Assembly: GCF_018977255.1 (NCBI RefSeq)
Contig: NW_024704749.1
Coordinates: forward strand, 13,888,001-13,952,000
Source: Callorhinchus milii
Taxonomy: Eukaryota
Reading direction: 5' to 3'
DNA length: 64,000 nucleotides
In this document: positions 25,215 to 40,200 of the stretch, in pieces
Position numbering within the stretch: the stretch's first letter is position 1
Layout of the letters: each line of letters opens with the position of its first letter
Made by a program: the position numbers and the translations under genes
The notes under the pieces: model-generated
Databases searched by the model: none
Told to the model about the DNA's origin: nothing
Seen by the model: the letters and a program-made list of their open reading frames with translations, nothing else

Positions 25215-28200
25215 TCAAGTTATCACTCGTTTAGAATAAACGTGAGTGATGTAAAGCTGATGTTTTTTCACCCATGTCTTAATTATCAAAGATTCGACCT
25301 TACGAGCTAACGTAACAGCTGCTGGATCACGAGGATGAGAACCTCTGAAAGAGACAATTGACCAATTGTTTTGATTTAAATAAACCTCTTACTTCAAACA
25401 CATATACACAGTAGCAAGACGCTGGCTATTCTGGGCACTTCACTTTTCAATGACAATGGTTTTATAGAATCTTTACCTTGGAATATGCAGAAACAGGTCA
25501 AACAACTGGTCTATGCCGGTGTTTATGCTCCACATGAGCCTCCTCCCTGCCCTTCTTCAACTAACCCTTCAAGCAGAAACTTCCCTATTTGATCTATTGG
25601 GGACTATTTTATATTGATGGCCTCTGGTTTTGGTCTCTCCCACAAGTGAAACTTCTTCCCTATGTCTATCCTATCAAAACCTTTCATCATTTTAAATGAT
25701 CAGGTCACCCCTTACCCTCTTTTCAAGAGAAGAGCCCAAGTAGATTCAGCCTTTCCTGATTGGTATAACCCCTCAGCTCTGGGATCATCCTTGGGAATCT
25801 CCTTTGCACCCTCTCTAGTGCCTCAACATCCTTTCTGTAATGTGGGGACCAGAATCTTGTGATAATTTGTCCAATGGCATCACAGGTATAAATTGACTTC
25901 CAAGACCTAACTGGTCATTCCATGGGTACAACAAACATGAATTTGAACTTAAATCTCAAAAGCGCTGCATGGGATTTAGGTAAAGTGAAAGTAAAGCTTA
26001 GGGACTGTATTTGTAGGCCAATGAGACAACAATTTGCACGCAGCAACGTCCTACAAGCGGCCAAGAGGTGAATGACCAATTTTATCTTGTGGATTATTGG
26101 CTAAAATATTGGGAGAATCTCCCTTCTCTTTTCAAATAGCGCCATGGGATCTTTAATGCCTAATTGAACAGACAAGAGCTCAGTTTAACGTCTCATCCAA
26201 AGGGACAGCATCTCTAACAATGCAAGTCTCGCAAGACTCGGTTCAGTCAACTCACCTCAGATCCAGATGGTGTGCTGCTCCATCGATGATGAGAGCAATC
26301 ACCGAGGAACTCACGTTTTTGAGTACCTATTTCATACATACAGAAAAAAATTACTTTGTGCACCACATGGTATAAATTTTCATTGTATAAATATTTAATT
26401 GTCCAGTAACTGAAATGTAATCATGTTCCACTGGAATGGGATGTTTTGTCTTCATGCAAAATAATAGACTATGATTGAAACCGATTTTGATTTGTAGGAG
26501 GCCAACTGCCAAGAACCACCACTCTTGAATTTAGTAGCTGTCTCAAAGACTTAACATTTTAAACCTATCACAGTGTAACAGATACTTACACCACCATTTG
26601 CCCATGGATCCAAGATGCCATTGGAAAATATTATATTGCTTGCAGTAGTCAAATCTGCAATAACACATTAGATGGTAGTAACATACTGTATGCAGCACAA
26701 AGAAACAACAAAATGTAATAATTAATGTACAGTAAGTTACCATTTCCCCAGTATTGTAGTTTTAACCAATCTTGGCTTGGTCTCACACCCCATTTTCTGT
26801 GGCAATATTCCTCTCTCATGGTCTCAGTGAAGGGCATGGCAGGGAACATGTCTGTGAGACCATTACTTTCATACAGTAAGTTGATTTCAGTGCAAGCCTG
26901 AAAAAAAATACAAGGAATATTTTACTCATTGAACTAAAATATTTACCTTTCCAAAGTACCCAAGTTTAATTGGTGTGGTTTGTTTTCCAGCATTGCCATT
27001 TGAAACGCCATGTTGTGATTTTGTACCTTGGTTAAAGAGCCGCTTGTGAATAGTGTGCTGTTTGGCATTCCCCCTTTGTGGACATAATTCACAAGATAGC
27101 ACAGGAAATCTTTAGAATGTCATACAACAAGCAAATTCTAATTGTTTTGACTCACTCTACCTCTCTTCATCCCTTCCACTCAGGGAAATTAGTATTTTAT
27201 ATTTTGTATAAAGTGCCATAAATATACGTAGGCTTATTTATTTAATAATTGGTTATAATAAATTAAGATAGTGGCATTTGGTCTGATGTCTAAAAATAAA
27301 TATAATTACTTTTCAACATGTGACTTAAGTGCCTACTTTCCAAACATTAGCAAAAAGTGTACATATTATGCACTGTAAAGTATTTACACAGATAGCATAC
27401 ATTTCCATTAATGTGAAGTCTAATGGAAATCCGTCTAATTTCAATCCCAAATTGTGCACACAGCTCATCTTCACTGACATTAAATTAATCTAAATTGATA
27501 AATATTTTTATGTTTAACAAGCTGTCTGAGTTCCATCAATTGGCACACATTTACACAAACACAGAACATGTCAATCTGGTTTCAAATAATTCATGTGTAA
27601 ATCGTTCTGAAATCAGCATTCCAATTCTGTGAATGCATACATTTTATACATTAGCACAAAATAATCAGTCACATGATAGAAAAAGATGAAAAAAGGAGTT
27701 GTATATATATGTATATATATGTGGAAGAAGTGAGTTTAGGTGGGCATCATTTCTTTGGTTTGTTGCAAAACAATACTTTCGTATGTTTGTCTTGTATTTT
27801 ATGACCTCTTACAAATCATTCTAATCGATGACCAAAATAAAAAGCACAAAAATCATGCTGTATGATAGGGCAATAAGGCAATAACAATACATTAAAGTAA
27901 GCTTACATTAAATTAAAATCTGTTTAAATTCAGAGGTTTTGAATTCTTGAACACAAAGTTACAATAAAGGAGATTTTCACAATTTACAACCTTACTACTA
28001 TAATCACATTAGAGGCATTAACTAATGCACCTTTTCTACAATTTATAATGACGGTAATGTTATGCTGCACTTCTTCCACATGTTATAAATCAATACAGAA
28101 AAGTACAACTACCTGAAAATCCCACGCCTGACCTTCTGAACCCAGGGCACAGCCAGTTGGATCAGCACAGGGCATAAACTGCGTATAGATATCGAAACAC

Positions 28201-31200
28201 CTTAAATCCCCAGAAATATTGTAATAGATTTCTGAAAAAAGAATATTGGGGAAAAATAACAGGAATATCGACTGCCAGTTGCTAATTTTACGTACAAATA
28301 AAATTTGTACATACTCTACATGTAAAATTTTCAGTTAATATTGCAAATTAACACAACCACCTATTCAAGTTTCAGGCACACAATCATAGAATTACATAGA
28401 ATGAAACAGGCCAATCAATTAGTCTGTGTCAGTGTACCAAATGGATAATTTTACTGGAAGCGGAACAATGTAGGAATAAACGATAAGAGTATAATATCAA
28501 TTATAGAGTATAAAGCGTATTTATAATAATAATAATCCTTGCATTTGATATAGCGCTTTTCACGTCGGGAGGACATCCCAAAGCGCTTCACAGAACACAC
28601 TGTAAAGTGAATTGACTGTATATTTGTGGGCGAACGCGGCAGCCAATTGTGCACAGCAATTCCCACAAACAGTTGTAGATTGAAAATGACCAATTTATTA
28701 TTGTTTTGTTTTGGAGGGATTATTATCAGGTGTGTGGAGTAAGAAAACTTGCCCAAGGTTTCGCCCTGACCTGCCTGGAATTGAACTCCGGTCTCTCGCT
28801 TGCAAAGCGAGTGCTCTAACCAGAGCTACAGGACTCCACAGCTTTATACTGAACGAAAGCTATACTTTTCAAAGACAACAATTGCTAACATTACACTCAA
28901 TTGACTTACTGTACAGGTAACATAAAGGAATTTCAAATATATATTCAATTCGTATAATAATCCTTTGATAATCTTTGCAAATGCAAGTTACCCCTTAAAA
29001 AGTTCACTTACCACTTACAGAATATACACAGGCAAAAGGTTAGTTGAAATTCCTATTGGCTGGTGATAGTTTTGCACTAAGAATACAGATAAAACTAAAC
29101 ATAGAATCACCTTTGAAGCTCACAGAACTCTAGTTATATTTTTAGCAGCATTTCAACAAACAGTGCTGGTCAAACAAATGGAAGTTTTTTTTTCTACATG
29201 GTTCAAACTATTTTAAAAAGCCAAACAGGAATGCTGACTGATAGCATGACCTTTGAAATACAGAACGAAAGCTGTGTTGGTCAGCAAGTGACAATACGTA
29301 GCTAAATGCCAACGTCATTTCATTTGTCCAGTAAGTAGTCAGACATGTTCAGGCAAGTACTGCTGACACACACATTACCTGCTCAAGATAAAACACTAAA
29401 GGTGGAACTAAGCAGCAAGGTTGAAAACATCTCACTGTGTCCAAGGCAAGAAAAAAGGGAATGAGCAGCAATATGTTTTGTAGAAGCTGCGACCAATGAA
29501 CATTTTGTGATATAAGACAACGGCTACTAATCGTCAAAGATGAGAGGAGTATTTGTACTTTGGTAGACTTTCATTACCTTAACTGGACAGACTTCTCCAT
29601 AGCTACAGGTAGTGAAACAAACCAAGCACCGAGGCATCTTCAAAGAATTGTGGTGTTGGAAGAAGCAGGACGATCAGAAAGGTATTAACGGCAGTAATGA
29701 TTACTGAGTTCATTCGTCTTGTTCAGATTGTTTAAATATCATATGACATAACTAAAGTACTAAAGCAAACAGAAGAGATTCAAGTATTTATTCTTTTACG
29801 GATTTTAAATATACTGTAGTTTGTCATTTTTTTCTCGGTTGGAGATTGATCAGGTTCTCGGTTAGAGATTGATCGGATTTGAATCAAGTTTCTCACTTTT
29901 ACCTGACTTGAATAAGTGGCTGCCAGCTTTGAACCAAAATGAACAATAATCACTGGAAGAATTAAGGTAACAACCAAATTTACAGATAAATATCGTCAGA
30001 AAAGGATTACAGAACAGCAGTAGAACAAAGGAGTAAGAACAATAAAAATGAAGTTGAAATGAAATAAAGGGAAAGCAGCTTATTTTTAAACTTAAAATTA
30101 TGTTTTTGTAATATTTTAGTGGTTGAATATTAGACTGAGGCCCTCCTACTTGGCTCCTGTCAGTGCTCACACCATTGCTATTCATGGATGCATTCTCCAC
30201 CTCACTGAGCCAGTCCAGCACCAGTCCAGAACCTTGGTGTCTTGTTCGACTCTCAACTCTCTTTCAAACCCCACATCCGTACCATTACCCTTTCTGTTTC
30301 CTTCCATCCCTTGCCTCCTTTAAGGACCATCTCAATAGCTTCCTCTTTGACTGTGCCTTTGACCACCATCCCAACTCCACTTCCCTTGTCCTCTACCCCT
30401 CTTGACTATAACCCCAGCTCGAGGAGTCCCGAAATGAAAGGTGCTATATTATATATATATATTATATATATATATACACACAGTATATATATATATGCTA
30501 TTTGTTGTTGTTCCAGTTTAGGAGCTGAAAAGTGCAGAAGTGATAGGCCTCTAAAGAATGGAGTCTTTGGGACTACCTTAACTAGCATTAAGTTAGTTGT
30601 AACATAGAAGATGAATCTTTTAAGACATTGCTTTATACTTGTCTGACATTTGAAACTCTTACATAGCATTACAGCGTACTGACATTATGTTTTTTGTACC
30701 AAGCTGCAGCTTGTAACAGCAAAAATACTGCCAGATGGTTGAAGAACTACAACTCCTAAAACAGCTTTCTTCCACCCTCAGAAAAATGTCAGACACTTTA
30801 CAGAACTGTTTAGAACATCAACCACTTGTATCAGACGCCTACCCGGATAAATTACTGGAAGGTCTCTTCAACTTGCGTACGAGAAATATCCTGTGTGATA
30901 TTATGCTGGAGGCGGAAGGAATCACCTTTCCAGTACACAAAGTCATCTTGGCATCTGTGAGCAGTTACTGTAAGCTACTGTTTGGTGCCAAAACCGCAGC
31001 TCCAGGGAATCAACAGAATATAGTTATTAAATTGAACAATGTTAGTGCACGAGGACTCAAACACGTGCTGGATTTTGTTTATTCAAACAGACTCAACCTT
31101 ACTTTAGACACGATAGAAGAGATACTCAAAGCAGCAGAGATTTTGCTCGTCAGGGATGCAATCAAACTATGCTTTAAATTCCTTGAAGAATGCCTTAGTC

Positions 31201-34200
31201 AGAGAAACTGCATGGACATTGTTAAAATAACCCAAAAATCTGGGCCACAGGACTTAAAACAAAAGGCAGCTTCGTATGTGGGTCAGTACTACAAACACAT
31301 TTTGGGAAATCATCGCTCTCTGGTAGAACTGGATAAAGTAGCTCTTTGTACAATCCTGGACGATAATGGCATACAAGGCTACAGTGAACTGGAACTGTTT
31401 GACTGCACAATACGGTGGCTATATCATGATGAGAACAGGTTAAAGGATGCAGCGGAAATTCTGAAAAGAATTCGGTTCTGCCTCATCCCAGCAGCCAAAC
31501 TGCAGAAGTGTGTTCAAGAAACATCGCTCATGAAAACTAATCTCCAATGTCACAGATACCTCCAAGAAGCACTAAGTTACCATTCCCACCTGTACGCCCA
31601 GCCGCTCATACAGTCGGCACGATCTCAGATCCGCTCGATCACTGATCATTTGGTGATTCTTGGAGGGCGTACAAAGGATAACAGAATTTGCAGCGATGTT
31701 TGGGTTGCAGATGAAACTGGCAGTTGCTGGAGAAAAATGGGGGAAATGTGCATTCCTTTGTACCATCATAAGGTGGTGGTTGTAAATGACTTTGTGTTTG
31801 TTATTGGTGGGCAACACAGATTCGAAGCCAATGGAAAACAACCGTCAAACGAGGCAAGTGTCTTTATAAATTGGGTGCCAGATTAATGATGGGATTTTGA
31901 ATTAGACCCGTGTCTGTGGGATTAAGTTATGAATTACATAGAATGTTATAGCACAGAAACAGACCATTTGGCCTAAGTAGCCCATGCTGGTGGATATACT
32001 CTCCACGAGCCTCCACCCCTCTTCTATACCGCTCTACCTCCTTCCCTCTTCTAAATGCTATACAGTTTACCCATTTCTATATTCAATATTCAATTTATAA
32101 ATAAATGCCTGTATAAAAAGATCTTAAAAGTCTTTTAAGAAAATAGATTAAAAGTACACAATGTGAAACATATTTAGGCCTAGTGTTGAAGTAGGTTGAC
32201 CCATCTAACTGCTTCGCTTTCCATCAGGTTTTTAGGTTTGATGTCAGGAATAACTCATGGCTGCAGGTTGCTGGAATGCTGGAAAGGCGTACACGTTTTC
32301 ATGCGGACACAGTTTTAGACCACATCATTTCGGTGGCAGGTGGGACAATTCAAGGAAACCTCACCAACACAGTTGAAGAATACAAGCCTGTAGAGAACAA
32401 GTGGCAATTTGCAGCACCATTCCCAGTGGCGGTGGCAGACCATGCAGGGGCTGTGCATAAAGCCATCTTGTACATATCAGGTGAGATTGGAGATGGTGCT
32501 GTCGCTATCCATTACATGTTTTTTTTTAGAAAATGTAAATTAGTGTCAGTAATCCTGACGTCATTAATAATAATCCTTGTATTTGACATGGATTTGACAT
32601 GTAATCACTTTCTTATCACACTAATTAGGTGGATTTTCAGCAGGGGTAACTCTGAAAGATATATATAGCTATCTCCCAAGACTACAAAGGTGGATCGTCA
32701 ACAGAGCCATGACATTTGCCAGGTGTGACCACGGAATGGCTACCATTGGAGACAAAATATTCTGTGTAGGAGGAAGAGCTTTAAACTCAGTAAGTGAAGC
32801 TTTAAATATTTACGTTTTTACTTAAAATTCAAAGTCAGTACTTGTTATTTAATGCATACTAATAGTTTTATAGCATGTTATGACCTCAATGACTGCTCTT
32901 TTGAAGTAAATTCTTCATCTAAGAGCAGTCATCAACAGATCAGGTGGGACATCAACATTAATATCAATAGGATGCTGAAATTATTAGGTAATGAGGACAA
33001 TTCATTATTTTCACAGTAGTTTATACTCATTCAAATGATAACACATTTGGGATAAAAATAGAGGAAACTGAATGGAGACATCACTGCGAGATACAAATGC
33101 CTAAATAAATCTATTGTTTAATTACTTTTAAACCAAATTTGAATAATGCAGAATATAAAAATATTGTCATTTTAAATGAAAACTACTCTGAAGTGTGAAC
33201 TGTTAACAGCATGTGGTGATGTTACTAGGAGACGTTTGTTTACCATACACGTGCCACCTGTTCTTATTACATTATGACATTTGCAGGCAGCAAAAAAATT
33301 TTTTTTAAATGGTCTCACATTGTATTAAAGTGCTTTTTATTTTGAATTATATTAATTTTTTTAACTAAGATCCACTCATTTCTTCTACAGTCAAGCGAAT
33401 GGGTTCACGTAAATGAAACAGAATATTATGTCCCTGGAACGGACCAGTGGACCACACTTAAAGTATCTCCCTTCAACTGCTGTCAATTCAGCACCTCAGT
33501 TCATAATTCTAAACTATACATCACAGGTGGAGGCTCTCTGCATCAAATGATGAAAAAGGATAGTGTCTTTATCTATCACCCTGAGGCCCGCAGGTGGGAA
33601 AGAGTAGGAGCCCTACCTCTCCCACTGATGGATCATGCTGCCTGCACACTTAAACTCTGTGATGAAGTTTTGAACAAGTTGAAGCGAGAGGAGAGAGTAC
33701 ATCCGCTCCTTGGCAGCAAAAAGAGTTCTACCCTCAAACTACTTGTAACCGATTAGTGTGAGATACAATAACAATATATGCACATGTGAATGAATGAAAA
33801 TTAAAAATGGAGCTATGTGCCATAGGAAAGCACAAGACTTGTAGTGAAACCTTTTAACAAAGCCATCAGCCCACTGTTTAATTTTGTAGTCTATTTAGAC
33901 ATTTGCATTTTTCTTATAACCTAAATATACGTACAGCTTTGTTTATGAAACATCGCTTCCTGTGTTATGTTACATTAAGTACTTTTGTTTGCCTTATAAA
34001 TTAAAAGCATTACAATTTTAACAGTACTGCTGAACTTCATATTGGCCATTGACATTAATTTTTCACCAAAAGATGCTGGGAAATCAAAATCACTTAGCTG
34101 CATTACATGCACATAAAATAAGCAATGCCAGGGAATTAACTGCAGTAATTTCATCAACTAGTTATGTCCAAAGCATCATTTATAATCCAGATCGAGTGTA

Positions 34201-37200
34201 TGGCTGATTATCTGCCAACATTTTTTACAGCAATACTATCCCTCAGTGTCCATTATACATTTGAAAATAGCAAGCTTACCTAAACCTGCTCGTAAGGCTT
34301 CGATAGGATCAGGAATTAATTCAATAATACGGCAGACAATCTAAAGAGAATAGCATTATTAATAAATTATACAACAGCAAACATGTATATGATTCCCTAA
34401 ACTTCTTTTCCTGCAATAGGATTTTCAAAATACTAATGTTATCAAGGGCTGGGAATTCAGACTAGTTTTAGCATTCAAACTTTCAAAATCATTTTATCTT
34501 ATAACGTAATAACGCATATGTTAATTGTGGAAATGTCTTAAAATTCTAATCTGGAAGCTGGTTATTTTTTAAGACCAGTGGAAAACTTGCATTAAAATTA
34601 ATATAATAAAATAATAAAGGATTTTAAAAAATTCCACAATTCTGCACAATCATAACAATAACCTTTGCATTTGATAAAGTACCTAATGGAGCTGAAACAT
34701 CAGAAACACACCAGAGGTTTCTGTAAAGTTTAGTGCCTGTATATTTGTGGGCCAACACAGCAACTAAGAGCCCACAAAAAGGCACAACATGAAAAACCAA
34801 ATGCTCTTACAGATTAAGACTATGTGGAATTTCAAAAATATGCAGTGAAAATGTTGTACACTGTAGTGTTTATTTACAGATAAATGATAAATATTGTGAT
34901 TCATTGCAAACGATTATTTTAATAAACAAACAAAAATATCCTCTGATATACATTCTGGAATTTTTAAAACGTTTTTGTGAAAAATAAAATCCAAGACTTG
35001 ATGCTTACATTCACTGGATTTTCAGGTAAACTTCTTGGTGTATTCATCTGGTAAGGATAGTTGTACATCGCTATAACTGTAAATCCATTTCTTGCCCATC
35101 CATAAAGTCGTTCAATATCTTTTAGAGACATTACTGCTTCACACAGATGCATTTTGTTTGTGATCTCATTCCATTCTGTATAACACCAATTTTGAATGAT
35201 GTAGATTAATGAGAGAAATTCAATTTTTGTCTATTCACTCATCCTCTCTCAAACACTTGGTCACAAGTACGGATTTACATATCACAGTTCCTCAGAACCC
35301 TAGAATTCTACATTTCAGAAATGAGTGTTATTCAAGGTATTGCACAAGCAGATTTAAAAACTGCTGCAAAGCAAACATCTTTAAGTGAAAAGTTTTGAAG
35401 GTTGAACCATAGATATTTACACTACAGAAGGCCATTCGGACCTTGTGCCTATGCTGGCTATTTGAAAGATCAATCCATTCAGTCTAAGTTACTTGCTCTT
35501 TTACCATACTCCTGTATGCTATTCATTTTAACATTTTTCTGGCTCTCCCTTGAAAGCTAATTCGGGTCCAACCTCGATCACCACACACAAAATTGTACTA
35601 TGTACAATTATCTAAAGTTCCTGGATATATATTGATTGTGTACTGATAACTTTCACCAAATGAAAGCTGAGTAAATAAACCCTCAGAAATGAAAATAATT
35701 ATTTTGAACCCTGAACTATAGATACCTTCTTGTTGCCCCAAGGCTTCAAGTGCCTGAAAAGCTTCCCGGATTTGCTGAGGACAGTCAGAGTTGCAACGTT
35801 CAAATTCCTGATCAAAGACAAGATTATAATCATATATAATAATGCAGTCCAGACGAAAACGCCACTAGGGACAGGTTATTGTATTTATTGCATAATTGTG
35901 CCAATTATATCCAAATGCTCAAGGAAAGGGTTTTAGTGAAAGGAGTCTTTTACATTGAAGAGGGGTCGATTTTCGCCATGTGTATTATAGGTCATCAATA
36001 AACTATATGCAGATATGTACTGAGAGGAACAATAGGTATCCCTGTTATGTAATTAACCAACTAAAATAATTTAATTATGCAATAAAAAATTTTTTTTCCA
36101 TTAGTTGTTAAATACATCATTAAAGGAACCTGCAATTCCTGCTCTGCACATGGCACATAATATACGTGATCAACATAACAGAAGGAGTACCCAGAGAAGG
36201 AAACTGCTCTGAACCAAAAGACATTTCTGTATTTATTGATTCCAGTTGTTCGTTGTTACGATGTTATGTAATTATATTGTTCGCATTAATCTCCTTCAAT
36301 TGTTGATCCTGCATTTTTTTTAAAAATGAAATGTTTCTTAGTCATTTTCAGATCTTTCTCATAAGATTATTCTATACGTGCATCCTCTTTTGAACACACT
36401 GATTGACTGCCACCAAATATAAGGTTACAGAGAGCAGACAATGGCAGTCCGATAAATGCAGGTACCACAAAAACATAGTCAAACTATTTCGAGCCTGTTC
36501 TGCCATTCTATTATATCATGGCTGATAGAACAGGCTTGAAGGGCTGAATGGCCTATTCTTGTCCCTGTGTTCCTATGAGCAGTAATGCTCAAACCAATAT
36601 GGACGGAAAAGGAATGCAAGAAGTAAAATATCTTTTAAAAAGACATCCACCTTCAGAGATTTGGTCTTCCGATATGTATATTATTTATTTATTATCTTTT
36701 CAGGTCTATCTAACCCTTACCTCATTCTATGCAGCTGTCTCTAAGTTATCAATATTAGGTACATGAAAATAAACGAGTGTAGCTGTTTGATAAAATCACA
36801 AATTTCGCACAAGAGAAACCACAGGTGCAAACACGTTTTCCTCCACTCTACCACACAAAAAATCTGAAGTGGAACAAACAAATCACCCAGCAGAGGGCTC
36901 TGTACGCCGTTATACTTGCACTTGGCATTGCATCAACCTTTCACGTCAGGTTATCTAAATTGCTTCACAGAATTTACTGTAAAATATTGTTCCTGTGTAT
37001 TTTATAGGCAAACGAAGCAGACACAGGAAGGTCCCATAAAATGTATGATCAATTTTATCTATACTTCTCGAGCACTGCCCTGAAGTGGCAGCCTCGACTG
37101 TGTGAGTTCAAAGTACCAAGATGGGGCTTGAACCCACAACCTCTGCCTCAGAGATGAGAGTACTACCAACTAACCAACTGAACGAGGCTTACACCCGTTT

Positions 37201-40200
37201 GTTGACATCTTTCAACTGACTTACATGTATGTAGAAGTGTCACTGGAGTAGTGATAATACACTGCGGTGCATCAAGTATTTTTCACTTCTTGAAAGTTTT
37301 AAAAGTGCTGTACAAATCTAAATGTGGTGCCTTAATTGCACCGAAGGATTTAGATTGCTCGCTTCTTAAATAATCCCCCCAAAAAGATGGCGCGTACTCA
37401 CTTTAGTTACATCACGGAAAAACTGAGCTGAACTGCCAATGCCTGCTGTGGAGAAGATAGGTGCACTTGAAGCTAGGGCTCCCAATACAATATTGGGATA
37501 TTTCATTCTCATATAGGCACTTAACATTCCGCCATAGCTGGAAAAAAATAGTTATAAGCAGAATATTATCAACAGGTTTAATAAAAAGTAAAAGCATGAT
37601 TAGCAATTATGTGAGTGCTTGGGAATAAAAAACGTACAAATCTAATCATAGTCATTCAGCCCAACATGTCTGTACTGGCTCTTTTAAAGGTGAATCCATT
37701 CAGTCTCATTTACCTGCCTTTTCCCCGTAACCCTGCAATTTACCCCTTTATAGATATTTGTTTAGTACCATTATGAACACTAAAAAGAATCCTGCTTCAG
37801 TACAGTACAATGCAACAAACCTTTAAAATCCCTTACAGTAATTACTATATGTACCTGCCACCAAATGCAATCACAGGACTGTCTTCAGCATCAAGTACTG
37901 TTTTTAGCTTTGTAAGAAGAACCACAAAATCTGCTAAGGCTTGCTCCACGGATAGGAACACAATGTTTGACTTCTCGAATGATTTAGTACCGAATGGAAG
38001 GGATTTCCCATAGTATCGCTGAAGATGGAGAAGTATTGAATGAGTTTGTAATTCTTTTATAAAAAACGTAAAAGCAGATCTTATATTGTTCAAGTCAGTT
38101 ACTTAATCTAAAAATAGGAATTTGCCTTTGTTCATACTCCAACATGTTCATCCAGTAAATGCTCATTCTGCCATAGAAATATATCACAAAAGTAACATCT
38201 ACATTTTGAATTAATGATCAAAAGCATTTTTAAAGAATAAGGCTAGAATGAAACTTACATGTTCAGCAAAAACCACCAAAGCATTCTGCTCTGCTGCCTG
38301 TTCAATGATGAACCCGCTGTTGTTGGCAAAGTTCCAGATATCCCCTTCATTTCCAGTATAGAAGAATATTGGTCCATTGCCTGAGTCCCCAAACTGGTCT
38401 GTAATATTAAGAAACTGCTTAACATTTGGCAGTTTTCTATGTCGTAACTTTCTTTAATGGCATGATAATTTCTGTTGACATAGCTCCTATCATGTTGTCA
38501 AGACATCTCAAAGCACTTCAGATTTTTTTTGTGTAATATAAATAATAAAAATGCAAGGATTATTATATTTATAGCATGGACCAGTGTGCAGTCCATTTTA
38601 AAATTATAAATTAATTCAAACTGGTTTAAAATAACTCATCTGAGAGAAAAAGTCAAATACAGTCAAATCAGCAAATTAAGGAATCTAAAAGAGAAAATAG
38701 AAGCATAACTATGGCAACAATGGGTCACTTTTGATCACCAATTACCTCTCACCCGGAAACTCCGAGGTTGGGGAAGGGGGCTATTTCCCTTCCCATACTG
38801 ATGAGGGGGAGGATGGCCAGGTGACCCAGTTTTGTTTCTAAACTATAAAATCACTAAAAACATGCAATCATAAGAACGCTGGACGAAAAAAGACCAAAGT
38901 CCGTCTAGTTCCCCTACCACCTTCCTGGTGGTCGCCTGCAAATATGTCCCAAACTACCTATGTACTATTTTATTTCCCATTATATTTCCTAAAAGAAAAC
39001 TATCTAATCTGTGTTTGAAAGAATCAACACTTCCTGCAAGGGAGCCTGTGACACAGGTTCACTATTCGCTCACTGAAATAGTGTTTGCGTATAAGAATAT
39101 AAGGATGAACATAACGATTTGAAAGAAGAAGGGAGTTTCTCCCAGTGTTTTGGCCAACAATTCCTGCAAAATAAAATTTGTCATTCACTTTGTGGTTGCT
39201 GTTTGTGGGACAGACTGGTTGCTGCATTCACCAACAAAATACACAGTCAGTATATATATGTGAGAAGGGCGAAGGGGAATCCTCACCAGTAAAGAGATAG
39301 CGCTGAAGGAAAGTTCTGTTATTGCTGGTGAAAGTGAAGTGATCCACGGGCTGGAGGAAATACATTTCTCTCAACATGAGGGTCGGACGCTCGATTTCCA
39401 CTTGGCTGACTATCACCTGCGGGGGTGGGGGTGGCCAGGTGACCTCCTGTACCAGTTGGACATTGGTGGGAGGCATGATACTGGTCTTGATCAGCTCAGG
39501 AGGCTTGGGTGTCTCCTGTACGTTGCTAGTTCCGATCATCTTAGGAAACAGGGGCTTGCCACTCACAATGTTAATTAGCTTAGGAGGCTTCTGTACAGGA
39601 GACTGTACGATACTGCTTTCAATCAGCTCAAGAGGTTTGGGTGTCTCCTGTTCGATGCTAGTTCCGATCATCCTAGAAGACATGGGCCTGCCACGCACGA
39701 TATTAATCAGCTCAGAAGGCTTCTGTACAGGAGACTGTACCGTACTGGTTTCGATCAGCTCAGGAGGCTTGGTGCTGGTGTTTATCAGCTCAGGAGGCTT
39801 GGAACTCTTCTGTACGATGCTAGTTTCGATCACCTTAGGAGACATGGGTCTGTCACCCACGATCTTAATCAGCTCAGGAACCTTCTGAACAGGAGGCTGT
39901 ATAATATTGGTTTCAATCAGCTCAGGAGGTTTCTGTACAGGAGACTGTACCGTAGTGGTTTTGATCAGCTCAGGAGGTTTCTGTACAGGAGACTGTAAGA
40001 TACTGGTTTCGATCAACTCAGGAGGTTTGGGTCTGTCAAGCTTGATGCTGGTGTCTATCAGCTCAGGAGGCTTGAATTTCTCCTGTACGATACTAGTTTC
40101 GATCATCTTAGGAGACGTGGTCCTGTCACGCTCGGTGAAGAACTCAGGAGGCTTCTGTTCAGCAGACTGTACGATTTTGGTTTCAATCAGCTCAGGAACC

